Source: Podarcis vaucheri (lineage: Eukaryota). From it: a stretch of DNA of 64,000 nt. Location: NCBI GenBank assembly GCA_965113315.1, contig OZ220368.1. One strand, 5' to 3'. Both the position numbers and the translations under genes were made by a program. Below are positions 50,829 through 63,899 of the stretch, piece by piece (the stretch's first letter is position 1; every line of letters starts with the position of its first letter). Below the pieces are notes generated by a model. That model was given only the letters and a program-made list of their open reading frames with translations. It did no database searches and was not told where the DNA came from.

Positions 50829-50864
<36 letters not shown>
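50829..50864. repeat. (AAT)n microsatellite
   Basis: About 12 units. Confidence 0.95.
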
Positions 50865-52969
50865 CTAACGCTTTATTGCATTTCAACATGTTTGGGACAT
50901 TTATCAACTAGAGAAGTTACAGCATTTTTGTGAAGGTATGATTTTCTGTAACCATATTTCACATGCTTCCTCCCCACCCTGATCCTCACACTGTAATTGG
51001 TTTCCTGTTTAAAGGCAAGAGATCTGACTTATGTGTGCATGGTTCTCAGTTGTAAGACTTGACACCTCGATGAATTGTGCATTGTTACTGCTTTGGAAAG
51101 GGGCAAGTTGCAGGGTGGAATGTTTGGATATTATTTTGGACTACTGATCAACATGGCAGGCTACTGCTACGTTTGTTCCTTGTGCAAAGCAACCAGTTGA
51201 CCAATTTTAATGAAGAAATCAAGCTATTTTGTGCACCCCCTGCTATTCTATTAAATAGACTCAATAGTTTAATGTCTTGTGCAACATGGCAGAGCTCTGC
51301 CCCAGTCTTTTCTTTAAAACAAAACAAAACCCCGGCAATAATTTGTTCATTATACACACTTATCAGTTGAAGTTCTGAACATCAGGTTGCCTACCCTGAT
51401 CTAGTGGATTAATTGGGTAACAGCAATTTTTTGAGAGTGCAATTCTAAGCCTCTCTGTTGGTGGTTGAATGGGGATGGAGCTCATGTTTTTCTCCACCAG
51501 TGAAGAGTGCCACTGGCGCTGATGAGACTCTGCTGCAGGCTGGTATATGAGGCGCTGGTGGCTTTTGGAGTGGAATACCAGTAATCAATGTATCCATAGC
51601 CTGTGGTTCACCTAAGGGGCTTGATTCTTGAGTTCCACATCTTCACCAGTCTGGAGCTGGCACAGCAAATATATAAAAAGAAGATATATATATATATATA
51701 ATATTTCCCCACTCCCTGTTTTGCTCTGGCCATTTATGTAAAAAAAATAAATTCTATACTACTTTGTAGGCCAATTGCCTCACAAAGTGGTGTGCAATCA
51801 ATAAAATACATTAAAAGGCAATCAATACAACATTATAATAACCTCTCATTAAAACCTTTCTTGCTTGTGGCCCTGGGTTTGGATTGCTTTGGCTGTTAAT
51901 CTTCAGTTGTACAATGCAATTTTATGCATGACTGTCCAGAAAGAAGTCGTCCTGGGTTCAGTGGGTCTTATTCCTTATACGTTTATTTAGAGTTGCAGTC
52001 TTGGTCACATTTGACCTTTGAACTGTCTAATATCTCCTCCTCCAACCTTGTGATGCCACAAAAAACCCCCACATCTCACTGAATAGGGTTTTGGTATCTA
52101 CCCCTTTATCCATGAGAACTAGATCTCAGAGGTTCTTAAAGATATCTTTATTAGTCACATCCTGTTACATTCTCAGCCTATTTTGATCTGCTCCTCCCAT
52201 CTCCTACTTCAACTACTGGATCCTTCAAGCATCTTCCTTTAAAAATAATAATGGTACAGAGCCTCTTCAGCTTTAGATTGAAGCTGCTTCCACTGGGCTG
52301 AACCTTGAATTATTTTTAAGCCTTGTTCCACCGCCAGTATATCAATTATTACATTTTCCCCCTGTGACAAATATGGCCCTCATTCTAGGCATTGAGCTTT
52401 TCATTTTCCCCCCAATTTGTGGCTGGATACAGCATGAACACTACCCAATCTCTGCACATTTGGCTTTTAAAAAAATGCTTGAATAGTGGGATGAAAACTT
52501 CTGAGTCACTCAGAGATTCTTCTGGAGGCTGCCTGTGAAGTCTTTAGGTAACTGGAAAAGATGACTCATTCTCAACAGGCTTCAATCAGAATCCTTTAAT
52601 AGCCAGGCCATATAATAGCCACTCATTCATTTACCGCAATTTGTTAAGAACTCTCTTTTCCAGAGCAGCAGGAAAATAACATAATAGTTCTGAGATCTCT
52701 GCAGGGGTATAGGTAAGTCTGAGGAGAAAGATATTGAATTGTAAAATGCAGCCGGTGATCTCAAAGAGCTGTTTTTTTATTATTAAAAAGTGCAGGGGTT
52801 GTGGATATGCACAAAGGCAGAACTTTTTATTTATTAAATTTATATGCTATACGATTTCCTCCAGAGATGAAGTTGAGATACTTTTAATCTGATTTAGCAT
52901 TTTAACTTTCGTATGTTTTAAAGTATGGCCGTACGTCTGTCTTAATTTTATCTTTTTATGAACTGCTTA

Positions 52970-53333
52970 AAGGTAAAGGTAAAGGTACCCCTGCCCGAAC
53001 GGGCCAGTCTTGACAGACTCTGGGGTTTGTGCGCCCATCTCACTCAAGAGGCCGGGGGCCAGCGCTGTCCGGAGACACTTCCGGGTCACGTGGCCAGCGT
53101 GACAAAGCTGCATCTGGCGAGCCAGCGCAGCACACGGAACGCCGTTTACCTTCCCGCTGGTAAGCGGTACCTATTTATCTACTTGCACCCGGGGGTGCTT
53201 TCGAACTGCTAGGTTGGCAGGCGCTGGGACCGAGCAGCGGGAGCGCACCCCGCCGCGGGGATTCGAACCGCCGACCATTCGATCGGCAAGCCCTAGGCGC
53301 TGAGGCTTTTACCCACAGCGCCACCCGCGTCCC
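52970..53333 (-). mobile_element. Sauria SINE (Squam1), full length, young
   Basis: Minus strand GGGACGCGGGTGGCGCTGTGG (box A) ... GGTTCGAATCC (box B) ... (ACCTTT)n tail. Perfect 13-bp TSD tatgaactgctta (52957-52969, 53334-53346). CpGs intact. Confidence 0.95.
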
Positions 53334-53678
53334 TATGAACTGCTTAGAGGGTTTTTAATAATAATAATTAAGTGGAGTATAAATCTTAATAAATAAATGA
53401 CATTCAAAAAGTACCCACATAGTTTACCATTCAGGTACTGACAAAGATTTGCTTGCTTTTGTAAAATTGTCTTCAGCAGCTGTGTTTTTTTGAAAGAGAT
53501 GTTCAGATTCTGATGATTTTTTTTAAAAAAATCACCCAATGCCATATAAAACATATTCATACTTAATTATGATGTTTTGGGCTTTATGCTGAACAGCGTG
53601 CTGTGATGGTTGCTAGCAAATAATTGTTTTTAATTATTTTGATTATGACATGTATACAGGATATACAACATATGCAAA

Positions 53679-53681
<3 letters not shown>

Positions 53682-53723
<42 letters not shown>
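53682..53723. repeat. (AAT)n microsatellite
   Basis: About 14 units. Confidence 0.95.
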
Positions 53724-53724
<1 letters not shown>

Positions 53725-54070
53725 CAAATACAAGCTTTCATACCAAAAATAGGTAAGCTATAATGTTATCAGTTACTCCAAATTATGTAAAGTGTGGGGG
53801 AAGCATATTCTTATAAAATACTTAGCTCACTGTGCTTACCGGTATCAGCCCCACTCCTCTGGCGAATTTCTTATGGTTATTTTGATATCAGTAGTATGGG
53901 TCAGACCTACACAACTTGCTAAACAAAATGCATCTATGATATATGGTGATTCTTTCTCTTGCTGGAAGCAAAACCAGGAAATTTACTGAGCCACTAGTGG
54001 ATGATCGCACACAGCTGGCGACCTGTGTTAGGCTTTGTGGGTCAAAACTGAAAGTCCACTGAAAATACGG

Positions 54071-54206
54071 CAGGCTTCCTCAACCTCGGCCCTCCAGATG
54101 TTTTGAGACTACAATTCCCATCATCCCTGACCACTGGTCCTGCTAGCTAGGGAACATGGGAGTTGTAGGCCAAAAACATCTGGAGGGCTGAGGTTGAGGA
54201 AGCCTG
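54071..54206. mobile_element. Hairpin hAT-type MITE
   Basis: 34-bp near-perfect TIR CAGGCTTCCTCAACCTCRGCCCTCCAGATGTTTT; flanks aaatacgg / aaatctgg (6/8). Confidence 0.88.
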
Positions 54207-54214
54207 AAATCTGG

Positions 54215-54562
54215 CATACCCCCCAACATTTCTCCGATGAAAATAGGAACGTATAATAATAATAATACCCCTCCCATCTGACTGGGTTGCCGCAGCCACT
54301 CTGGGTGGTTTCTAACATTTATAAAACATTAAAAATTAAAAGAACTTCCTTATACTGGGCTGTCTTCAGATATCTTCTAAAGCTTGTAAAGTTACTTATT
54401 TCCTTGGATTGGGGGTTGCATAACTCCACACTCTCCAACTTCTCTGATGAAAATAGGGACGTCCTAAGGAAAAGCAGGACATTCCAGGATCAAATCAGAA
54501 ACTGGGATGGCTTCTGTAAATCCGGGACTGTCCTTGGAAAATAGGGACACTTGGATGGTCTG
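54215..54562. mobile_element. Composite DNA-transposon-like element containing an antisense LINE tail
   Basis: A duplicated ccaac..tctcYgatgaaaataggRacgt motif (about 54223 and 54436) brackets an inverted copy of the 15040 LINE tail. The right end has repeated gggac motifs and ends ggtctg. Confidence 0.55.
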
Positions 54563-57500
54563 ATACGCAGATCAGAATGAGGCTAGAGGATGCGATACAA
54601 CTCCCTGTTCTATCCGTTCTGTATATATGGAAGAAAGGAATGAGCAAGACTATATTTGGCATGTGATGAAAGGTCCGAATGTTTAACAGGGCTAATGGCA
54701 TGTTTTGGTCATGGTATGGTCTACTAGACAGGTGTCTATAATGTAACATATATCAACCAACCAATCAATCACCATTCATTCCTTTTTCTCCACAATAGGC
54801 ATTGCACTAATTAATGGAATTAATTAATTATTCTTGGTTCTTACCTTAGCCAAGAACAGATGTAGACTTTTAAGGGTGATTCACATAGTCACTTGGCAGA
54901 AAAATGGCCAGAGACACAAACATAATTGATGAATTGGTGTTTGTTTGAGGGTGGTGGGCAGCACATGCTGGATCCTTGCCTAGGTGAAAGTAAATTGGCA
55001 CCAAAATGATGTTTTTCTATAATAAATGTGAGTGACATGACTGGTAGTGAGTGACATGTGGTGCTGCACAAGATGAATCTTTAGACAACTAAGTATGTTA
55101 TATGGCCAAAACATACATAGCACATGATATCTGTGATTGGCTCTCCTGATTTTTTCGCCTTTGAGAACTTTCACCCATTTTTGAAGGGTGAAGAAAGGGG
55201 GCGGCTCTCCCTTCTGCTTTTTGCCTTTCAGAAGATCAGGGAGAAGTTCAGCAGTGTGGGAAGAGCTGTTACAAGGATTCGTGCTGTGTTTTGTTGGCTG
55301 GCCTCCACCATTTATATTTTCCAATATTGCCTCAGAAAAATGTTTCATTGCGACATATTGTCATCCTCAGCAGCATTCTGGGAAGAAATTGGTGCCCCCC
55401 CCCCGTAGCTCCTAGCAAAGCTTTAAAAAAATGAGGGCTGTCTGCCTTAGAAGTCATGAGTTTAACTTCTCCCACCATTGAAATTCAGTCCCCAGGCCCT
55501 AAAAATATGGAAACACCTATCCACTTACATAACCTTTGAATGGGTCACAAAAAGCCCTGGTTATATGTTCCCATGCCTGTCCACAGTTAAGTTGGACCCT
55601 AGAACCTACACTGGCAGAACGGGGGGTGGGGTGGGGGGAATTTTCCCATAGAGGAATCAACAGCTATGCTTCTCATAGCATGGAGATAAACATTGTCACT
55701 AATACCTGCTAAAGACACAGCTACAACACAGCTACAAGTTGGCAACGCCAGCTGTGAGCTATCTTTTTAATCGGATACGTGTTTGCTTCCTCCAGTACCA
55801 AGGTGGATAACTCTGAAAACTACTGGCAGATGGGTTTCCCTAAGGCACATGTACAAAGAAATGAGTGACCCCTTTGTTTTTTTCAGAGATAGCTATGTGA
55901 AATCTGTGGGCTCTCAAACCTCAGGAACCAGATTGTTGCTAGAGTGATCAGATGCAAAGGAGGAAAGGGCCTGTGTACCTTTAGCGGTGGTAGAGGAGAG
56001 GGATTTCCAGCAGGTGTAACTTTCCCTCACCCCTATCTGACAAGCTGCATCTGCTAAAATTCCCTCTTCTCCACACCTATTAAAAGCACAGGAGTCCCAT
56101 CTTTCTCTTCATCTGGTCACACTAATTGCTGCTGCCCTTAGGCCTCTTCCAGGGAAAGAAAGTGAGCACTGGGGTTGCTAGGCAACCGCTCCTGGTCTGC
56201 TTACTGAGAAGAGAGAAGCAGGAAATTTGTTAAACTATTCCAACTGCCTGCCTCCCTCCTTCATGACAGAGGACTGTGTGAAACGTATAATTGCATACCA
56301 GTGTGCCTTAGGCTGTGGTGGGAAACCCCGTGGTCCTCTGGAGGTTGAAGCCCAAATCCCATCAGCTTCAGCCAGTTTGGCATATAGTCGGGACAGATGG
56401 GAGCTGTAACCCAACACCTGCAGCTCCCTGTGTCTCTTCCATCCCCTGCCTTAGGCCCAACTGCGGACATTTTAATAATATATTTAGTCTTTTCTGAATG
56501 TTCACTGCAATACTTACGGTAGGATACTTGTAAGCTGCTTAGGGATACCCCCCCCCCCAAATGTAAAGGTAGACCATGACTTAAAGTTGACATGTATTTT
56601 AGCTGATAATGTATGGGGAAAATTCAACTAAGGAGATCTATACGCAGAAGCCCTGTGCAAGGACTTCTTATTGGACAATGGGGCATTCCCCCATCCTCCC
56701 TCTGTGGTGGGGGTTCGGGAGATGCTCCACCACTTGGGCAAATAAGACAGTGGGGATCATTCTGTTTAGCAAGCTGAAATGCTCATGCAGCCTGAACATT
56801 CAGAATAGTACAATGGTGAAGTCCACTCTTCATTTTCACTGTTAATTCTGATTTTTAATGACAATTTTAATGTATACTTTATATTCTCCACAAACCTTTT
56901 GGGAGATTTTATTTACAGTTAGGCAGCACATGCATTTTCTGTCTCATTCTGTTTTGTTTGCTTGGAGCAAGGGACTGGGTTACTGTTCACACTTGTGAAC
57001 GAACCTGAAACTGTCCTTTGGTTGGGCTGTTTTTCATCAGAAAGGCTTGTCTGATTCTTAGGGCAATGTTCCAAGCAGCACAGTGGCTGTGTCTAGCCAC
57101 ATTTAATTTCCCACAGCACCCCAGGGTCTGAGAATTGCTTAAGTGTCTGCTGTACAAGGGAGGAGGATGGGAAGCAAACCAGAGTAAGTTGAATCTGCTT
57201 CAAGTGATATCCCTGGCCTGGCCTCTCATTAATTGCCCTGCTCACCCACCCTACCACTGGTTCACTGCATTGTGCTATTCCAATTCTCTTCTAGTGCCAG
57301 TGTTGGATTAGTAGCGCCCCAATCATCATATTAAGTTATGCACGCAGCAGCAGCAAAGCTCTGCAAGGATATTCTGAGCTCACCTGCTAAAAAATGGCTG
57401 TGAAGGGATGGGGTTCAGAAATTCAAAAAGAGGCCTGCATTGAAAACATATTGGGGCATCATAATCCTCATCGATTACTGGTTGGTTTACAACATAAAAA

Positions 57501-59813
57501 TATAAAATGCATAGCATAATAGCAGAACACTCTATAGACATATTATATATTATAGGGTGTGGTTTTCCTAATATAACACCATCTAGGTATATCACATGGC
57601 CACATTCAAGTTTATTTTTTCTTACTGCCCAATCCTAGGTGTGTTTATACAGAAGTATGCTCCAAATAACTCAGAGGGACTTGCTAGGAAAACATGCCTA
57701 GGATTGGGTTCTTAGCTGTCTTAAAGTGAAGACCAGATTCTTCACTTTAAGAGTTTCATTCCATTTCCCACTCTGGCCAACCATTTGCTGCTGAATATGT
57801 TTTGAATTGTAGTTCTTCTATAATGACTACAACCAGATCCAGTGTGAGAGTAAATATTGTAGGAAACTGTTAAGATAAGTTTACTGATGCAAAAGCTAGA
57901 GTCAGGAGAAGTTATAATACGGTGCACAGGAGGTATGGAAGAGCCCTCAGCAAAGTGTGACAACTTTTGTGTGTGAGAAAGGAGAGGAGAATGTGAGAAC
58001 AGGAGTGTTACAAGTCTCAAGGGTGTCCCTATTTTCATCCATGAAATGCTGGAGGATATGATAACACAGAAATGAAATTATGTTTTCTTCCCATTTCTTC
58101 TTATTGAAATAAGAACCCCTGCAATGCTTCAGAGATAATCCCATACCTCTTAAAGTACAGGAACATAAGACTAAACCTGCTCAATCAGACCAAGCGTCTA
58201 TGTAGTCCACGCTTTCTCTTTGTAGCCAGCCAGATGCCTTTGAGATACCGAAAAAGCAGGACATGAGAGTTACAGCGACTAGCAATCATACAGACATCGT
58301 AACTATTAGCTAGTGAAGGCTTTTCCTCTATGCATTTATTTAATCGCTTTTTACAACTGCCTTAAGTTAGTGGCTGTGTCATGTTTTGTGATAGGGAATA
58401 AGAGTCAACCTACACAGGCAGCAACAGAATCACTTGATATAACTTTTTTACTTGGGCTGCACCACTTTCTACTCATGACAGGAGACCTCAGGTGTAGGCA
58501 CTGTTCTACAAAAAGGAAACTTTCTGTCAATGGCTGATAAAATAAACACTCTGGTAACAAATCTCAGCATAGTTTATGGCCAGAATGGTTTCCCTAACAC
58601 TCTTGAAAGAAGAGTGGGCAGGAGGGAAATATTTCAGTGTCTCTGAATATTAGCTCTTTAGCAACTTCTGAATCCTCCTTTCCACAGAGCAGAAGATTTC
58701 ATTTTTTCACAGAGGTACCCAAACTTGAGATCCCACTGTAGCGTATTTTTAAAACCATGTTGGCCTCAAGTTATGTGGTCGACTTGCTGCCAGATTGAGG
58801 AAACAGACCACCTTGCAGAATGGTTGTGACATAAGTAATGATTGCTTCCTTTCCCAGTATCTCATAATTCTAGTAGCAGGATCAGAGCAGTTTAAAAAAA
58901 CACAGTTAAAAAAATTAAAATTAAAAAGCCCTTTTTTAAAAAGAAAGTTTCATTTGAAACCGTCTGGTTTGAAAAAAATGCTAACATGACACAAACATGC
59001 TTTATGTAACTAGGAGCTAATAATGCAATTCTAACCATGTCTACTCAGAAGAAAATTCAGCAGACCTTATTCCCAGGTAAGTGGGGTTAGGACTGCAGTC
59101 AACAGATCTGTTTCTTATGGGTATGCTTTATTTAAAATGAGGGTGAATGTAATTTAGAGTGTAACAACCCAGCATTTAGCATATGATATCAGTAGCATTT
59201 TCCCTGAATATAGCTTTTTTACTTGGGACAGAGGTGCTGGAAAGCCTTTTCTGTTGCTGCCCCCTCCTTTTTACTTCATTCTCTACATATCTTTTTCCAT
59301 ATCTGGTTAATTAATGTATGTGTGCAGTGTACAGTCAATTTGTACATCTCATTAGTGTGAATTATTATGCCGAAGACAACTAGGCTTGCCAATATTGTAA
59401 TCGATTACCGTAGCTGTGACTTTAACAGCAGCTTGTCATTCAGACATTAGCAAGTGATTATATTTTTCTCCATGCTGTGAAAAGTGTCACCTGCAGATTA
59501 TTATTATTTTTTGCACACCAAGCAACCACTAAAGCCAGAAGAGGCGGCCTGTCTAGGCTTGTTTTAGCCAGTTGTCAACATCATAGGCAGTATTATTTAT
59601 TACCGAGCAAACGAAATGGTTAGGAGAATTGAAAATCTTCTAATGCAAACAGAAATTATCTTGATTAGAACTATTAAATCAGTAGTATACCCTAGTTTCA
59701 ACATTTATCGGCAATTGAAGATGGTGTCAAATCAAAGAAAATTATATTGGCTATGTAACAGCTCCCACATGATCACATTTGAAGAAAACAAAACACACAG
59801 TTCTTAACAAATA

Positions 59814-60016
59814 CAGGCACCTCCCGATTTGTGTGGGGGTTGAGTTCCAAGTCACTGCGTGCTTGTGTGAAATCATGTGCAATCTAAACACCCCATTCTG
59901 CCCCTGCTCTGTTCTGTCCCACCCCGTTCTGCCCTTCTAGTGATGTTTTTTATAACGTTTCTGGGTCACTTCCAATTTTAGTGCTCTGTGTGTGTGCCTA
60001 AAATGGGGGTTGCCTG
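59814..60016. mobile_element. Tc1/mariner-type MITE, old
   Basis: TA|CAGGCACCTCCCGATTT ... AAATGGGGGTTGCCTG|TA: imperfect TIRs with a TA duplication. Confidence 0.65.
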
Positions 60017-62629
60017 TAAACAACTCCCTTTACCCTATGTTGCACCCGAAAGGGTGGAATTCGGCATAGTTGTAAGTAGGGTACCTATGAACAGGAGGAG
60101 GTCTGCTCATGCAACAGGGCTTTCCTTATCCCCCTCAAACCCACCTAAACCTCTTCTGTGAGTTGCCTAAACTTCCAGGTACAGAGTGAGGAGAACAGGG
60201 AAAGTTCCTTTGTATGAGCGGACTTCGTTCCACTTATGCAACAACTTAGTTGAATTCTGGCCTGAGACATTTATGCTTACTTAGGAGTTAGATGCCCTTC
60301 AGTGTAATTCCGTGTATATTTACTTAGATGTAACTCTACCTGAATTCAGTGGGACTTACTCCCAGGTAAGTGTACAGAGGATTGAGCTCTTAACACATGG
60401 CTTCAGTGACATCCATGCCACAGAATGACTCTTGGCCACAACGGTTCACTTGTGTGGGGTGGTGACCCCCCCCCCAAGAATCCCAGGAACCGTAGTTTCT
60501 GAAAGGTGCTAGCAGTTGTAGTTCTGTGAAGGACAGTTCCCAGGATTCTCTTGGGGGAAGTGCTTTAAATCTATGTAATGTATGCAGCTTTAATTGAGGG
60601 AAACTTTACATGAACCTCTAGTGGTGCAGGATAAACCACAGTGGCGGCGGCAGCAACCACGTTGCTAACTCCTATTATACATATTGGATCCGACTCCATA
60701 AATGGGCCTATCTCCCACTCAGCTTAGTGGCAATTACTTCTAAATAAATATGCACAAGACTGGACTGTTTGTTTGTTTCTTTATAAATCCTTCAGCCTCT
60801 AGTGTTGGACGTGGTTCTTGGAGAGCACTTTGCTTGGTGGGCGGCAATTCTTCAGAATTGGTGCCAGCCTTACATACAATATTAATTTATCTTTTTCATT
60901 GTTTATGAAAAGTATTTATATCCTATCCTTCACCCCAATGTGGAGTCTATTAATAAAGTAGTACAATGACAAATGTCAACATGGCATGCAAAGTATATTA
61001 GGTTTGATATCTCAAGGACTAATTGGAAAACAGTTGTGTGTCCCTGCCCTCGTGTGTTTGTGTGTGTTGTGGTGGTGGTGGTGGTGTATGTGTTGGGATG
61101 GGTCCTTTATAGCACCCTGGCCAAACACTGCACCTTCTGTTACCACGATACCCCCAGACCCCCCCAATAATTCCCTGTGGCAGAGGGACTTTGCTATTGG
61201 TTGGTTTACCACATTGCCAGCTTTCTAAAGACAACTGCCTTTCACTGTACAAAACAACACTTAGTGATTGCTGATCCACAGCCACTCATGCAGTAAAGGG
61301 ATAGTTGTTCTTTTTCAAGTGGAAAACATGAAGTAGTAGTAAGCTGGTTTTGAGAATTGACTCTGATATACTTCCTAACATGGTTTTAGAATGTTTGGCA
61401 GATTTGAGAGTCCAAAATTCATGCTTCACTTTGCATGGTCATAAGCGTCTATCCATTTTTAGGAGTAAGTCTAAGCACGGACACATTTTGGTGCAATTGT
61501 CTACTCTTAAGTCATACTCAAACTAATGCCATAAGCAACATTTTCTGAAAAGGACAATCATCAGTTAGTTTTTCCAAAACAACAGCATCATCATATTTCT
61601 TGTACAAATACTATATATTATGACCAGAGTAGATATGTCAATTAACACGTCAATTTCACTTTCTCATTTTCCCAACCTTAAATTTGGTTCATCCCCTTTC
61701 CTTATTTGCAAAATAAGAGGGGGAAAAGTCTGCACAGGAATTTATCTGCATTTTTGCATCCCTTCTACTAAACACAATTTTGCCTAATTTATACATTTTT
61801 GCAAGCAGTTTCTCCTGATATAATATAGACGTGTATGTCATTTTGCCTAAGATATGTATTTTTGTATCACAATTTTTGGATGGAGAACAGAATGCCACTT
61901 GAAGAAAGAGTCACTTAATACTTGGGAAAGTGTAAACTAGATTGCTCACATTAAAATGTGAACCAAATTTCTCCCCTTCTCCTATGTAGTGTAGGAGAAA
62001 TTTAATCAAGGAAAATAGTGTGGCATAAATGACTGAATCCTCCCTTCCTGAGGCCAGCAGCCAGGAACTGACGTCTGCCTATAGCTACTGCTATTAGTAC
62101 ATTGACTGTTATTGCTGTTACTTTAAGAGGGCGATCCTGTTCATAGGTCTTACTTGGACCTTCAACTGTGTTTAAAATTTTATCCTAAGTCTGCACCATG
62201 TGTCTTGCAGCCAATAGGTGTGTCGTGTCCATGTCTTTTACTCTTTCCATGAGCATTTGGGGAGGTAATTCCTCTGTCTCATCTCCAGTTCCATTTTGCA
62301 GCTTCAGATGGTTTGCACAGATGTGAATGAGGGGAAGGGGAGGCCCAGAAGGAAATAGATTTTTCTTTCTCTTTCTTTCATATACATTTGATTTTCAAGC
62401 TTGGTTAGAAAAATTGTAGTGGCGTCCTACAGCTTTTGGGTTGCTCTATTGGTCCTGGATTGTGGTTAGCAGTGCTGCCTGCATTCTTGCTATTCAATCT
62501 GTATATTGTTATGAGTGTGTGTGCTAGACACCCTAAATTCCTGGGTCTAATCGGTGTTAGAATATAATTACAATTTGGTGTTAAAACTGGTAGCTAGACC
62601 CATGTGTGTATTTGAGCTATGTACTAGAA

Positions 62630-62812
62630 TAAGAGTTGGTCGACAGTGGAACAGACTCCCATGAGAGGTGGTGGACTCTCCTTCCTTGGAGGTTTTAAAG
62701 CAGAGGTTGGATTACCATCTGCCATGTATGATCAAATTGAGATTCCTGCATTACAGGGGGTTGGACTAGATGGCCCATGGGGCCCCTTTGAACTCCACAA
62801 TTCTGAGATTCT
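62630..62812 (+). mobile_element. CR1 LINE extreme 3' end
   Basis: cagtggaacagactccc...gggttggactagatg...attctgagattct (CR1 terminal repeat). Confidence 0.87.
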
Positions 62813-62969
62813 CAGTTGAAGGAGAGCGTGTGCCTACTCATTTGCAAATGAGATTTGCCCTTGATCCTTTGTCATACTAATCACTCATTACCCTCAAACT
62901 ATCACCTCACAAAGGAACCTAGTCCTGGCTTAATGAGTTTTTGATACTATGTACTAGAATACATGGCAT

Positions 62970-63568
62970 TGTCAGAAAGATCTTCCTGATGTTTAGTCAC
63001 AATCTCATTTCTTAAAACTTGAATCCATTGGATTGAGTTCTATCCTCTAAAGCAGGAGAAATTAAGCTTTCTCCATCTTCCGTGTGACAGCCCTTAGATA
63101 TCTGAAGATGGCTATTTTATCTCCTTTTACTCTCCTCTTTTCCAAGTTCAACATACTGGAACTCCCTCAACCGTTCCTCATAAGGCTTGGTTTCCAGACC
63201 CTTGATCATCTTGGTTGTCTTCCTCTGCACTCATTCCAGCTTGTCAACATTCTTCTTAAATTGTGGCACCCAGAACTGGACACAGAATAAAATATTACTT
63301 CCCTTGATTGGGACACTACACTTCTATTGATGCAGCCTAGAATAGCATTAGCTTTTTTCTCTCTTTCTTTCTTCTGCATCACATTGCTGACTCATGTGAA
63401 GCCTGTGATTTACTAAGACCTCCTAGATCCTTTTCACATGTACTATGGGCAAGCCAGGTGCCTCACCCCAGTCTTATATTTGCACAGCTGGTTCTTCCTG
63501 CCTAACTATAGAACCTTACATTTGTCCCTGCTGAAATTCATTTTGTTAGTTTTGGCCCAGTTCTCCAG
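62970..63568 (-). mobile_element. CR1 LINE fragment (end of ORF2)
   Basis: tgtggcacccagaactggacacag, gatgcagcctagaatagcattagc and catcacattgctgactcat are antisense CR1 motifs. Confidence 0.87.
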
Positions 63569-63569
63569 T

Positions 63570-63899
63570 CAGTTCGGTGAGCGGGTTCTTAGAATTGGAG
63601 ATCGGAGTTATGCAACAGATATTGTAAGTAGCGGGCTGGAGAGAGTGTCAGAGAGCAACATTTGAGAACAATGGTTGAGGCGTCCTTAAAACCAAGGCCG
63701 CTGTGGCTATGGGAGAAGTCAGAACCTCTTGGGGTGTGAATGCTGTGAACCCCTCCTTCGTAGGCTTGGGTTGTATATATGTATAAATAAGCCTAAAGAC
63801 ACCACAGTTTCCTAATTTCCAAGAGAAAACACTGACCCTGAGTAAGCACATTAACCTCTGGAATCTCACATTGCTTGGAGATTAGGGTAGCGTGTAACA
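63570..63899 (+). mobile_element. Possible LTR fragment
   Basis: Abrupt switch from CR1 sequence, TATA-like tatatatgtataaataa, and a 3' end gcgtgtaaca. The 5' TG end was not identified. Confidence 0.4.

Noticed and set aside
2937-53212. Shared peptide KVKVKVPLPERASLDRLWGLCAHLT in two ORFs as a duplicated gene
   Set aside because: It is the antisense translation of two Sauria SINE copies.
53260-53333. tRNA genes at the A/B-box sequences (also about 230-307 and 40600-40655)
   Set aside because: These are SINE heads continuous with SINE bodies and tails; no complete cloverleaf is evident.
54820-54900. Strong minus-strand donor AAG|GTAAGA at about 54840-54847 as an exon end
   Set aside because: Nearby acceptors give an immediate stop or a 22-nt frameshifting unit, with no other support.
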